IMG/VR virus record: IMGVR_UViG_3300036852_000533
Span: 1-52,184 of that record
DNA: 52,184 nucleotides
From: a virus
Lineage: Duplodnaviria; Caudoviricetes
Reading direction: 5' to 3' (one strand)
Position numbers and translations under genes: made by a program. How positions within the stretch are numbered: position 1 is the first letter of the stretch; every line of letters starts with the position of its first letter. Positions 24,231 through 34,183 of this stretch are shown here, in pieces. Under the pieces are notes generated by a model. The model made no database searches, had not been told where the DNA came from, and saw nothing but the letters and a program-made list of their open reading frames with translations.

Positions 24231-26550
24231 GGGTATTTTCCATACGCCGTTGTTCCAGCCGGTTTGACCGTGCAGAGTGCATCAAATTCAGGCTGTTCTC
24301 CGCCGATTGATTGAGCAAATCACGGTGCGCCTTCAAATCCTCGCGTTTGATGGTGGAGAGGGTTTCCAGATTGCGCCGTTGCTGTTCCAACTCGAAATCC
24401 AGTTGCTTCTGCTGCCGTTTCAAGGCGGCGTTCTGCGCATTGATCTGCGCCTTGACCTGCGCCATCATCACCGTGCTCTGCGCCTTGGCCTGTGCCGCCG
24501 GGTCGCCGCCTTGTTGCTGGCCTTGCTGCTTCTGGCTTTCCATGAACCGTTGTGCGAACGCCTTGACCTCATTCATCAGCCGGCCCAGAACATCCGCCAG
24601 TTGCTTCACGAGTTGTTTCTGTTGTTCGTCCTGAGCCAGCACGGCCAGATGTTGCCCGATGTTTTGCGCCGTGACCTGCAAGCCAATCAGTTCGTCGAGC
24701 GTACCAACACCGCCGGTCTGTTGAATCTTTTGAATCACCGATTGCATCATGCGGAGCAGCGTCGTGATGTAACCCTGCTGGTCAATTCCCTGCCGCATCG
24801 CGCATTGGACGCCTTGCATGAGCGTGCCGAACACGTTCTCGGCGGCATAAGTACCGTCGGTAGCTTGAACAGGGGCCGATGGCACCAGCAAATTGGCTTT
24901 CGCTGGATCGTCCAACATCGTTGACCAAACAATACGCTTGGCTTTTATTTGAGATTCCGGGTCCAGTTGTTGAAGATTTTCGTTTATCCACTGAGATTGC
25001 GCCTGTGCCAGCGTCCGGTCGCCTCCGCCCAAGACGCGCTCGGGCATCACGCGCCACACGGAATGGTCATGCAACAGGTTTTTCGGGATGCCATCCTCCA
25101 AACATTGTTTCTGGAATTTCTGAACCGCCGGGTCGGTCGCGTCCTCGTGGCAAAAACGGCGCACCAGTTCCTCGTAATAAAACGCCTCCTGCACGTACAT
25201 GCTTTGCAGCATGGCGGAAATCATCATGTTGGCCATGTTCAGCCGCGCCTGAGCCTCAAACTTCGTCATCTCCTTGTTCGTGCCGTCGTTGGCGTCCTGC
25301 ACGAACGCGGCGGCGCTTTCCTGCATGATCTGCCGCATCTGTGCCATGCCCGCCTGAACCAGATTCGGGTCAATCTGGTTGCGTTCCTCGCGCTTCACGA
25401 TTTCAAACCCTTCCTCGATGAACCCGTATTGCTGGAGCACCTGTTTCTTGGCGCGGTCGCGGTCGGCGGGGTCTTTGATTTTGAAATACATCTTCAGGTG
25501 CTCGAAGATGCTTTGCACGAACTCGCAGCGCAGCCGGTTGAGCGTGTCCACCGGGGCGTACAGGTCAACTCCCAGCCCGCGCACGGAATGATACTTGAGC
25601 GGCGCCACGAGACTGCCGTCGCCGTACTGGATGTTCAGGATGTGGTCAATATGGTCGCTGAACACCTTCCCGCTGCCGTTGTAAAGAAACTGGTTGATGT
25701 CCACGTTGTCGTAGGCTTCGCGCAAAACGATGTGGCGATACCATCGGTTCGGTTCGTCCACTTCCTGATAGTAAAAGGCGCGCAGCTTGATCTTCGGGAT
25801 GGCGTCATTCCAGTACCAGCCCTGATTCTGTTTCCATACTTCGGCCATTTCCTCGGGCTGGTTGCGCCACGTCGAGGGGGTTGTGTCGTTGTATTTCCCC
25901 TTCTGAGAATCCAGAATCTTCCTCGCCATCTCGACGTTCCATCCCTTGTCCGTCTTGTCGCCCTGGGTGATGGACATAAACTCGCCCGGCGTCAGGTAAA
26001 GGTTGATGGCGAAATAACGGTCGTTGCTGAAATCACAATAGGTGTCGGTCGGAACCAAAAAATCCTCCAGCGGTACGAATCGCCCCAGCCAGCGCCATTG
26101 ACTCGGCCACATAATCACACCGGGACCGTGCATACACACGGAGGCATTACGCGATTTGATAAGGTAGTGATGCCGCTTGCCGGTGCGTCCGCGCTGCAAT
26201 GGGATGTGCAGGTTCTTGGTGAACGCCAGCGACCATTCATCGCGTTTCTCTACCTTGCCAGATTCAAGCGCACAGTTGAAAAGCAGACCGGGATGCAGCA
26301 GCGCGTTGTCCAACTGGCGGTTCGCATCCTGCATGATGCGCTTGCCCTCCCCCCAGTTGACTGCTATCTGGATGTTGAACTTCTTTATCTCCTCGTTCGT
26401 GTATGGCTGTTGACCGTTGAAAAGCGTGTTGATCTTGGCCCGGTCGTGGGCGTGAATATCTTCGATGTCCTGCATGGCACTGCAAACGGCCAAAATCTTT
26501 TCAGGGGTTCCAAACTCAGGCCCGGCAATGTCACCGTTGGTCGCGCTCAT
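24211..26550 (-). CDS. Putative portal protein
   Basis: 779 aa with Gln-rich C-terminal coiled-coil barrel and a TKFEAQAR motif like P22/T7-type portals; head-module position. Confidence 0.75.
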   Translation of the reverse strand: MSATNGDIAGPEFGTPEKILAVCSAMQDIEDIHAHDRAKINTLFNGQQPYTNEEIKKFNIQIAVNWGEGKRIMQDANRQLDNALLHPGLLFNCALESGKVEKRDEWSLAFTKNLHIPLQRGRTGKRHHYLIKSRNASVCMHGPGVIMWPSQWRWLGRFVPLEDFLVPTDTYCDFSNDRYFAINLYLTPGEFMSITQGDKTDKGWNVEMARKILDSQKGKYNDTTPSTWRNQPEEMAEVWKQNQGWYWNDAIPKIKLRAFYYQEVDEPNRWYRHIVLREAYDNVDINQFLYNGSGKVFSDHIDHILNIQYGDGSLVAPLKYHSVRGLGVDLYAPVDTLNRLRCEFVQSIFEHLKMYFKIKDPADRDRAKKQVLQQYGFIEEGFEIVKREERNQIDPNLVQAGMAQMRQIMQESAAAFVQDANDGTNKEMTKFEAQARLNMANMMISAMLQSMYVQEAFYYEELVRRFCHEDATDPAVQKFQKQCLEDGIPKNLLHDHSVWRVMPERVLGGGDRTLAQAQSQWINENLQQLDPESQIKAKRIVWSTMLDDPAKANLLVPSAPVQATDGTYAAENVFGTLMQGVQCAMRQGIDQQGYITTLLRMMQSVIQKIQQTGGVGTLDELIGLQVTAQNIGQHLAVLAQDEQQKQLVKQLADVLGRLMNEVKAFAQRFMESQKQQGQQQGGDPAAQAKAQSTVMMAQVKAQINAQNAALKRQQKQLDFELEQQRRNLETLSTIKREDLKAHRDLLNQSAENSLNLMHSARSNRLEQRRMENTLDTATE

Positions 26551-27332
26551 GTTTTCACCTGTTGCGCTTTCAGCATCCGTCCCGCCTTCGTCCGCATGTC
26601 CAACTTGGGAGATTCAAACGTGACGGGGATGTGCGTGCCATTGGAACTTGGCCCGGGCGCTTCCGAAATCAGCCGAATCAATCGCCCGCTCTTGTCTCCA
26701 TTGAACACTACGGCATCGGTTCTGATCGCCGACAACTCGGATTCTTCACCGAACTTGCCAAACTGAATCAGCCTCGACTTGGTGGACCTCACCACGGACA
26801 TTTCTGCGGCGAGGATTTCAAACGTCACAAGGCTGTCGCAGTAGGATGTCAAATCAGCAGCGGCGTCCGGTGGATAAACAGAAGTCCGAGCGAGGCACAA
26901 TCGTTCCTTTCCTTCCTCTGCCGGAAACTTCAGGTGCGGGCCGATGAACCGTCTGGGCTGGTTGTGGTAGGCGGTCAACAAGTCCCGCTGCCAGCCTTTC
27001 TTGAGCGGCACGCAATCCGCCTCCATGTAGAACCACGGGCAGCGATAATGCCGCTGCACATGGGCGGCGGCATGTTTGAACAGGTGGTTGCAGCCTTCGA
27101 CTTTGCCGGTGTCTGGCCGCGCTGTCACCGCGCAGATGTCCACCGTGGCAAACGCGACTTCGGCGGACAGCTTCACCTTCATTATCATCTCCCCATGCAC
27201 GTCAGGCGACGGCACGAGCAGACAATGGCCTTCCGGCTGCCGACCATTCAGGTGGAAAATAAAGTCGCAGAGCCTTTCGGCCAATGGCGCATCCCCGACC
27301 GAGAATGGAATGACGATCAAAAGGAGGTTCAT
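26547..27332 (-). CDS. Putative GT-A-fold glycosyltransferase-like protein
   Basis: LLIVIPF at the N-terminus and WFYMEADCVPL (ExD motif). Confidence 0.5.
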   Translation of the reverse strand: MNLLLIVIPFSVGDAPLAERLCDFIFHLNGRQPEGHCLLVPSPDVHGEMIMKVKLSAEVAFATVDICAVTARPDTGKVEGCNHLFKHAAAHVQRHYRCPWFYMEADCVPLKKGWQRDLLTAYHNQPRRFIGPHLKFPAEEGKERLCLARTSVYPPDAAADLTSYCDSLVTFEILAAEMSVVRSTKSRLIQFGKFGEESELSAIRTDAVVFNGDKSGRLIRLISEAPGPSSNGTHIPVTFESPKLDMRTKAGRMLKAQQVKT

Positions 27333-27604
27333 GCTTTTTTGAAAGGGTAAACCCGGTTTAATATGCCGGTTGAAATATCGAGTTTGTACCGAATCGTTGA
27401 TGGCGGAGAATCATTGGAACATTTCAAAAGCAATCCCGTGCCGTCCGGTCGAAACCATAATTCAAAATCGGCATTGATCCAATCTGGATTTTTAATGGCC
27501 CGTGGCACTTCCTCCGACTTTGACATTGACGCACCTCCGGCTGGAGATGCGGCTAGAGCAATCGCAGCCAGAGCGGATCGTTTCAGGAATGTGCGCTTGT
27601 TCAT
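27329..27604 (-). CDS. Small protein with a Tat-like signal
   Basis: MNKRTFLKRSALAAIALAA. Confidence 0.55.
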   Translation of the reverse strand: MNKRTFLKRSALAAIALAASPAGGASMSKSEEVPRAIKNPDWINADFELWFRPDGTGLLLKCSNDSPPSTIRYKLDISTGILNRVYPFKKA

Positions 27605-27972
27605 ATTTTCGATTCGGATAAAATCCAGCATGACGGGTGATACTTGTCACGCTCATTGGCTTCTGGCAAACATAAACGCAGGGGAACGTGAACTTTGAGA
27701 CGCATCACGCAACCGCACGCGGAGCAAATGTGAAGCGATTTTTCCCCGTCCACCCTGAGATTCAGGTGGTTTTTCAATTCAACCTGCTTTTTTATGGCGT
27801 CCGCAATGGATTCGATCATGTCCCAATCCTTCACGTTCATCGGGCATTTCAAGCACACATCCGCCCGCGACTGGGCAAGTTCATTGCCCACCGGCATACC
27901 ACCGGCGCCGAGCCAGTCGGTCAGCGTCTTTGCTCCGCTGATAAGTTGTGAAGCGCGCTCGAAAAAGTTCAT
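27601..27972 (-). CDS. Cys-rich hypothetical protein
   Basis: R..VCLKCP...CSACGC..LKV...CW; start reassigned to 27972. Confidence 0.65.
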   Translation of the reverse strand: MNFFERASQLISGAKTLTDWLGAGGMPVGNELAQSRADVCLKCPMNVKDWDMIESIADAIKKQVELKNHLNLRVDGEKSLHICSACGCVMRLKVHVPLRLCLPEANERDKYHPSCWILSESKI

Positions 27973-28373
27973 CGGTCCAAAGTTTTTCCGCACTTGGGGC
28001 ACCCCCAGCCAATCCATTTCTGGCTGGGGCACGTCGCGCAGAATCGCGCGTTCATCAGCGTGCCGCAGGCGGGACACGGATTGTTCGTGGCGGGACCGGA
28101 TTTGACTTGAATCGTGCCGTCGGTGCAGAAACTTGGATTGTTGCCCAGCCGGTTGCACTGGTACACGTCTAGTTCAGCAGCGACGTGATCTAACGAAAGA
28201 AACTGCGGCTGGTTGCGCGGATACAGATTCTCGTTGGCCAGCCGGTGACGGATGATGGCCCGCACTTGGCCGTAAAATGTGTCCTCCATGCCGGGAAATT
28301 TGAATCCTGTGCGTCCGTCCGTAAAGGGGTAGCCACCCGGGGGATAAGGACCGTCTCGACGGATGAGTTTCAT
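27969..28373 (-). CDS. Cys-rich Zn-ribbon hypothetical protein
   Basis: YPPGGYPF N-terminus; CPACG, CATC, CPKCG. Confidence 0.65.
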   Translation of the reverse strand: MKLIRRDGPYPPGGYPFTDGRTGFKFPGMEDTFYGQVRAIIRHRLANENLYPRNQPQFLSLDHVAAELDVYQCNRLGNNPSFCTDGTIQVKSGPATNNPCPACGTLMNARFCATCPSQKWIGWGCPKCGKTLDR

Positions 28374-31300
28374 GGAGTTTTTGCAGCTTCTTCCACTGGC
28401 GTTTGCTGCTTCAAGAATTGACGATACTGACTCAGGGCCACTTGCGCGTTGCCGTGCATCTTTTTACGTTCTTCCAGCGCGTCGGCGTAAATCTTTTTCT
28501 GATCGGCGGTCAGCGTGGCGTAGAACTTACGGTCGCTTTCCTGAGTCCCGGTAAAGGAGCGGTTGCCATAGTTTCGAGCAAACCGCTCCAGCTTTTCCAC
28601 ATCTGTCTTTCCTTCACGGATGGCCACGGCCATTTCTTGTGCTGCTTCCTTCGGGGATTGATATCGCAACGCGAGTTTGACCCCACGATACGGGTCTTTG
28701 TCCGGGTCGTAGATGAATTCCCCCGGCTCCACCTTGCCGCGCGCCTTGTTGAAATCCTGCGCCAACTTTCCGATGGTATCGGTGGAAGCGGAACGCCGCT
28801 CGGTGATACCGATGGAATTAAGGAAGGATTCCCATAAATTTTGCTCGCGCGGATTCAGGACGCCGCGAAGGGAAATTGGCACAATCGTTTTGCCTAAATC
28901 CTTTACCTGTTCCAATCTGGAACGAGTGCGTCCAAACGCATCACGCCCGGTCAATCCTTCCATTGCTGTTCGCCCATAAATCGGATTCAGGCGCGTGTAA
29001 AGAAACTGGCCCGGGTTCGTCGCCAGATGAAGCAGGTCGCCCTGAACGGTTCGCAGCGAGTACGCCTTTCCGTTGTGAACGATGTTGAAGGCGTTCTTGC
29101 GTTCCATGTGCCATTCGTCGTCCAGCACCTTGTTCATTATCCTAGCGGTGAAATAAAGCGTGGCCGCGCCCAATGCCAGCGCCTTGAATTGTTCCCGGCC
29201 ATACTGGGTACCCGCCTGAGCAACAAAGCGACTGCGTGCCTCCAGAAAGTCGGGCGCGAGTAATGCCAACCTAAGAACGTCCTGTGTGGTTTTGCTCCGT
29301 CCCAGCATTTCGTAGTTCAACTCACCAAAAGCCGAATTCATCTGGTTGGCCGTCAGATGATACAGTTCATTCTCGCCCAGTTTGGGATAGCTGGCGCGAT
29401 TGCGCTCCAGTGCGTGCAATCCTGTGGCTACTTTCAGGCGCGGAATGTAGCTATTGAACAACCAGTCGTTGTAGGCCTGAAGTTTCGGGCCAAGGCTGGG
29501 GATATGGCGCGTCAGCGATGATCCAGTGAGTCCTTCGCTGAACAACTCATAGCCCCGAGAATCACCCACAACCAGTCCGCCCCGAACCAATCCGCTCACA
29601 TCTGGATTCTGAAAATCAATCTCTTTGACGGGCTTGAAATTGCGGTGTTCCCATCCGTGAACCGTGATTTGAACCGGGTGGAAGCCGGACAAATCCAGCA
29701 TGGTCTGTTTGACCGTGCTGCCCAACGCCAATGCCCCGCGTCCGATTGGGTTTTGGCGCACCGATGAACGCTCGAATAATGTTTTTACCTGCTTGATAGC
29801 GTCGGGATGAATCAGCACGTCGCCCTGTACGAAGATCGGTTTTCCATTCTCGTCTGCCGTGGCCCACTTCCACTTACGCAGCGCCGGATGATCGAACGGT
29901 TTGAAGTCGCCCCGGTTGTTGGCCGGTGTCTCGGTGTCGGTGGGCTTGAACGACCGCTTGATAAGCGTGGCCTCCGTCTCGCCTGACTCGCCCTCAATCT
30001 TTTTGCCCATACCGCCCACGTCAATCATGGGCCTGCCGTCGGGCATCTTAATCTGCATCATCGCCTTGACCGCCTGTCGGTCGGCAATGGCCTTGTTCAA
30101 GGAAAGGTCGTAGGCGGCGACCCGCTTGATGAAGCTCTTGATGGGTTTCAAACCGGCGCGTTCGGCCTCAAAGTCGTATTGAAACACGCGCTGTTTCGCC
30201 AGCGCGGGACGCCCGGTGAAAATGCCACTCCGTAGTTCAGCGAGCACCTTCTGTTTCCACGGCGAATCGGCCTCATAGGTGCGATGAATGTAATCCTCAA
30301 TACCGTCCTCCAGTACCCCGGCGTCAATGGCATCCTGCAAACGCGACGCAAAGTAATTCTTCACGTTCTGAGCCAGCGTCTTTTGCTCGGGAGAAAGACT
30401 CTGTGCTTTTTCATATCCTGCTTTGTAACGAGGCTTTGTCTCTGCGGCACCAAGCGCAAGCAAATCGGGATTGCCGCCCGTGTCAATCCAGTTGGAAATT
30501 GCCTCTTGGTCTGTGGAGTTTGGAACGGCCTTTTCCGCGCTCTTGACCCACTTGCGGGCGGTCTGAGCCGACTCGGACAATGCCAGATGGCGGTCGCCAA
30601 GAGCGGCCTTCCACGAATCCCACACTGGATAATTCACCAGTTTGGCCTTGAGATATTGTGCGGCGGCTTTCAGACCCATCAGCCCTTGACTGACACCATC
30701 CTTCGCCTTCTCAACCTGTGCGCCCAAGTCAAATGCTGCCGATGCCTTGTCCGTGGCCGGAGAGGATTCCGCCAGCGTTTTGACTGCATCGGTAAGTTGC
30801 GCCAGTTCGGGCTTCAAAGGCTCTCCCGGCGTCGCCGCGCCCATGCCAACGACCTCTTTTACAAGTGGCGACCCGGTTGCAGGATCAAGCGGAGTGGTTT
30901 CGATTTCTCCCGGCGGCAGCGGGGAAGATGTATCAGTCCCCGCCTCCAACTCAGCCAGACGTGACTTCTGTGCCTCAGTCATTTCCCGGCCTTGTTCACG
31001 CTTCAAACGCAACCTGCCAAGCTGAGACGCATCGAAATCAGATAGCGGCTTGGCGAGCGACTCCGCTCCTTTGTTTGTCACGCTTGCGCGTTCAGCCTCG
31101 CCCAAAGTCAAAATTCCTTCACCGTGCTCGTTGACCTCAAGTTTACCGAGCGATTCGAGCAATGCGCGCCCTTGTTCTGTAGGCAAAAACACCTTTATCT
31201 GGTTGCTGCCCTGAACCTCCGCCAATTCACGAACGACTTTTGAAGCGATGCCGCGCCTTTGGAATTCCGGTTTGACTTCAATCGCTTCCAATACGCCGTC

Positions 31301-32686
31301 ATCGCTGACGTGCATCCAACCAGCGGGCTTGCCATCGGCAAGAATAATGTCGCCACCGTCTTGCGCTGATTCTTTGAGTTGCGACACCACACCGGCCTTG
31401 CGTAATTGCGATGGAGTTTTGTCGTTGGCGTAAGTTATCTTCTGTTCCGTCGCGGACGGGACAGGTTCCCCACTAACGGGTGTTAATGGCTGCCCGTCCG
31501 CGGCGGGTTCCTTGGGTTTTACTGGAGGAATTATTTCATCGCCGACTTGACCTGCGACCTCACCCGGTCGTGTGGGTTCTGGTAGCCTTGGCTCGGCTTG
31601 TGGCTGAATTCCTGCGCCACTTTCTTGGATGGGCACTTGCCTTTCGCCTTCCCCGGCGAGTGGGCGCACATCGCCATGAACTTCTGCTGTCGGCTCGATA
31701 CGGCTGGCATTGGGTTCTCCTTTGGTTTTTTCTCGCAGCTTCGCGAGGTCAGTCTTGAAATCTTTTACCAGCCCCGGACTTGCTCCATGCTTGGCCAGCA
31801 ATCCACCCAGCACCAATCCGCCAGCGCCGCTCAACCAGAGTTCTGTCGCCTTTCCGGTGTCGCCTTTTTCAAACGCATCCGCCCCGGCGATGAGTTGTTC
31901 AGGTGAATTCTTGAGCATGTCGTAGGCAAAGAAAGAGGCAATGGCGCGTTGTGCGGTCAATCCAAGTTTGGCCGTTCCCGCCGTGGCCGCGCCTTGTGGT
32001 GACAAAAAGAAATTCACAAACCCGGCAATGGCGTTGTGCGCTCCCGCAAGCAGGCGTTTGGGCGTGCCGTCGGGCAGCGCAGAAATGGCCAGCGTGAACG
32101 GGCCAACGACGCCAATTCCTGGATGGTCACTTTCCTCGCCGGATGGCGTGATGAATCGAAGATGCGGCGAGCCATCGTCGTAAAACTCGAACTTGGCCAG
32201 TCCGATTGGCGCTTTGGCCGTTTCGTGGACGAACCGCGTGAAGGCTGATGGCGGCTCCGGTTCCTCAATCGGCATCCCAGCCCCGGCCAAAATGTTCGCC
32301 AGCGTCGGTTCGATCTTCTTTTCCGGCGCGATGGTTTCGCGCGCGGGCGGCTCGAACTTCATTCCAATGGCGGCAGGAAGTTTTGGCTTCGGTGGTGGTG
32401 CAACGGGAAATTCGGCGGCAATCGGCTTCAAGGATGAATCGTCCAACGGCTGAAACAGCGTCGGGAATTGTTGGCGCGCGAATGGATTGGCCGCTGACAA
32501 TTCTCGCTGTTGTATTTCTTGCTCTGGCGCTTCCACTTCGCGGCGAAAATTTCCAAAACCGGCGTGTGGGGATTGCGCTACACTGGTTCCGAAAATCTCT
32601 GACAGTTCTTCCTCGGTCGGCGGTGAATCGCCATCCAAGGTGAAGCTTCTGCCTGTTTCGGGATCGCTAACATCGTAGGTTGGCAT
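28370..32686 (-). CDS. Large putative internal virion/ejection protein with an embedded GNAT domain
   Basis: 1438 aa; MPTYDVSDPETGRSF.L.GD.PPTEEEL N-terminus; IEVKPEFQRRGIAS acetyl-CoA motif. Confidence 0.7.
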   Translation of the reverse strand: MPTYDVSDPETGRSFTLDGDSPPTEEELSEIFGTSVAQSPHAGFGNFRREVEAPEQEIQQRELSAANPFARQQFPTLFQPLDDSSLKPIAAEFPVAPPPKPKLPAAIGMKFEPPARETIAPEKKIEPTLANILAGAGMPIEEPEPPSAFTRFVHETAKAPIGLAKFEFYDDGSPHLRFITPSGEESDHPGIGVVGPFTLAISALPDGTPKRLLAGAHNAIAGFVNFFLSPQGAATAGTAKLGLTAQRAIASFFAYDMLKNSPEQLIAGADAFEKGDTGKATELWLSGAGGLVLGGLLAKHGASPGLVKDFKTDLAKLREKTKGEPNASRIEPTAEVHGDVRPLAGEGERQVPIQESGAGIQPQAEPRLPEPTRPGEVAGQVGDEIIPPVKPKEPAADGQPLTPVSGEPVPSATEQKITYANDKTPSQLRKAGVVSQLKESAQDGGDIILADGKPAGWMHVSDDGVLEAIEVKPEFQRRGIASKVVRELAEVQGSNQIKVFLPTEQGRALLESLGKLEVNEHGEGILTLGEAERASVTNKGAESLAKPLSDFDASQLGRLRLKREQGREMTEAQKSRLAELEAGTDTSSPLPPGEIETTPLDPATGSPLVKEVVGMGAATPGEPLKPELAQLTDAVKTLAESSPATDKASAAFDLGAQVEKAKDGVSQGLMGLKAAAQYLKAKLVNYPVWDSWKAALGDRHLALSESAQTARKWVKSAEKAVPNSTDQEAISNWIDTGGNPDLLALGAAETKPRYKAGYEKAQSLSPEQKTLAQNVKNYFASRLQDAIDAGVLEDGIEDYIHRTYEADSPWKQKVLAELRSGIFTGRPALAKQRVFQYDFEAERAGLKPIKSFIKRVAAYDLSLNKAIADRQAVKAMMQIKMPDGRPMIDVGGMGKKIEGESGETEATLIKRSFKPTDTETPANNRGDFKPFDHPALRKWKWATADENGKPIFVQGDVLIHPDAIKQVKTLFERSSVRQNPIGRGALALGSTVKQTMLDLSGFHPVQITVHGWEHRNFKPVKEIDFQNPDVSGLVRGGLVVGDSRGYELFSEGLTGSSLTRHIPSLGPKLQAYNDWLFNSYIPRLKVATGLHALERNRASYPKLGENELYHLTANQMNSAFGELNYEMLGRSKTTQDVLRLALLAPDFLEARSRFVAQAGTQYGREQFKALALGAATLYFTARIMNKVLDDEWHMERKNAFNIVHNGKAYSLRTVQGDLLHLATNPGQFLYTRLNPIYGRTAMEGLTGRDAFGRTRSRLEQVKDLGKTIVPISLRGVLNPREQNLWESFLNSIGITERRSASTDTIGKLAQDFNKARGKVEPGEFIYDPDKDPYRGVKLALRYQSPKEAAQEMAVAIREGKTDVEKLERFARNYGNRSFTGTQESDRKFYATLTADQKKIYADALEERKKMHGNAQVALSQYRQFLKQQTPVEEAAKTP

Positions 32687-32687
32687 G

Positions 32688-33446
32688 TCATCGCGGAGTT
32701 ACAAGGAAACGGCCTACCCGCATCGCATTGGTGGACGAAGCCGGCCCTGTGACCCTACTCGTCCGGTTGGTCATGGAAAGAAACGGCGGCACGTTGGTCC
32801 CTTCGACGACAAAACGAGGATTTATCGTCTGCCGTACAGTTTCAGACTGCGATGCCGTTGGCGGCTTTGGTGGCGCAAATTTCCCCTGCTTTTCCAGCCA
32901 TGCTTTTGTAAGATCAGCCTGCTGTTTTAGCAGGTCGGCTTCTTCCTCCGTCTCAGCGAGTTTCACGGCCTCCATCTGGGCCTTCCAGAGCGCCGTGTTG
33001 CGCTCAAGGGTGGTCAGATTGGGCGGGCGTGCTTCCTTGGTGGTCGCGGCGACCGGCTGGGGATTCCAGCGTTGGTTGTAAGCCGACCACGCCTCATTCC
33101 CCGCTTCCGGGGTGTAAGTGTCAACCAACTGACTTCCGACAACGGGCTTGCCTTCGCTGTCAAATTGGTCCGGGACGTTGAAGAATTCGCGGCGGAATCG
33201 GTTCCTTTTCAAACCGGCGTCGGTTTCGTAAGCCTGCGCGTAGTCATCCGCCTTTTCCGCCGCCAAACGTCCCGCCTGTTCAACGGCGTTAGCGTCCACC
33301 GGGCCGTACTTGTCAAAAGCTCTCCCGGCGTAGTCGGGCCGGTCCCACGCATTGTAATCCATCGAGGAATAATCCTCGGGCGGTTGCGCTTCTTCCTCGG
33401 GAACGAACAGCCCGCGATGGCCGCGTATGGTGACTTGAAATGGCAT
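32688..33446 (-). CDS. Putative internal virion protein
   Basis: Position in the ejection-protein cluster. Confidence 0.55.
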   Translation of the reverse strand: MPFQVTIRGHRGLFVPEEEAQPPEDYSSMDYNAWDRPDYAGRAFDKYGPVDANAVEQAGRLAAEKADDYAQAYETDAGLKRNRFRREFFNVPDQFDSEGKPVVGSQLVDTYTPEAGNEAWSAYNQRWNPQPVAATTKEARPPNLTTLERNTALWKAQMEAVKLAETEEEADLLKQQADLTKAWLEKQGKFAPPKPPTASQSETVRQTINPRFVVEGTNVPPFLSMTNRTSRVTGPASSTNAMRVGRFLVTPR

Positions 33447-33449
33447 GGG

Positions 33450-34181
33450 TTAAATATTCCCGTAAGTGGTCCAGCGCGGGACTGCACTGTTTGGATACGG
33501 ATCGTAAGCAGTCGGGCCATAACCGAATCTGGGTGCCGGGCTATCGCTTTTTCCGCCCGAACCACCGCCAGTAAAAGCCGCCCCGTAAATGGTGCGGCGC
33601 GGTTCGGAGGTTCCAGGCATCTCATAACCCGCCTGTAAAAAGGCCAGAACGTCGCGCATCTTTTGCTCCCGTTTTTGTTGCTCCAGTTGTTCGCGTTGCA
33701 GGCTGAGATTCTGTCCGAACTGGCTGCCGCGCTGGGCCAGTTCATCCCGGTTCAAGCCAAGCTGTCCGGTTTGCAACGCCAGATTGCCGCGCGAGATTTC
33801 AAGGTTGCCAAGACCCAATTCCCGGCGCAAAGCGTTCTCCGCGTCAAACTGGCGACGGCCCTCCGCCGTCGTGGTGTCGAACTCGCGGGCGCGTTCCTGA
33901 CTGGCGATGTCGAACTGGCGTCGGCCTTCCGCCGTGCTTACGTCAAATTGACGCCCGCCCTCGGTCAATGCGCGGTTGCGATAGTTCAAATCTCCCATGC
34001 CCAGATCGCGGCGCAACGACAGATCACCCTGTCCAAGCTCCCGCTGCAAACCTGTGCTCTCGTTGAACTCGCGCGCTTGCTCCAGATTTTGAATCGGCAG
34101 CGCCCACCGCTTGTAGGCGATTTCGTCGGAGTTGTTCCGGGCGTTGAGCACCGGGCCAAGGATGGAAAGCAGGTCAATCAT
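33450..34181 (-). CDS. Putative ejection protein with 11-aa repeats
   Basis: EGGRQFD / EGRRQFD / ERAREFD / EGRRQFD at 11-residue period. Confidence 0.6.
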   Translation of the reverse strand: MIDLLSILGPVLNARNNSDEIAYKRWALPIQNLEQAREFNESTGLQRELGQGDLSLRRDLGMGDLNYRNRALTEGGRQFDVSTAEGRRQFDIASQERAREFDTTTAEGRRQFDAENALRRELGLGNLEISRGNLALQTGQLGLNRDELAQRGSQFGQNLSLQREQLEQQKREQKMRDVLAFLQAGYEMPGTSEPRRTIYGAAFTGGGSGGKSDSPAPRFGYGPTAYDPYPNSAVPRWTTYGNI

Positions 34182-34183
34182 AA

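Noticed and set aside
24949-26766. Long plus-strand ORFs opposite structural genes (also 37356..38714, 17822..18706, 40561..41523)
   Set aside because: Antisense shadows of GC-rich coding genes with no recognisable motifs
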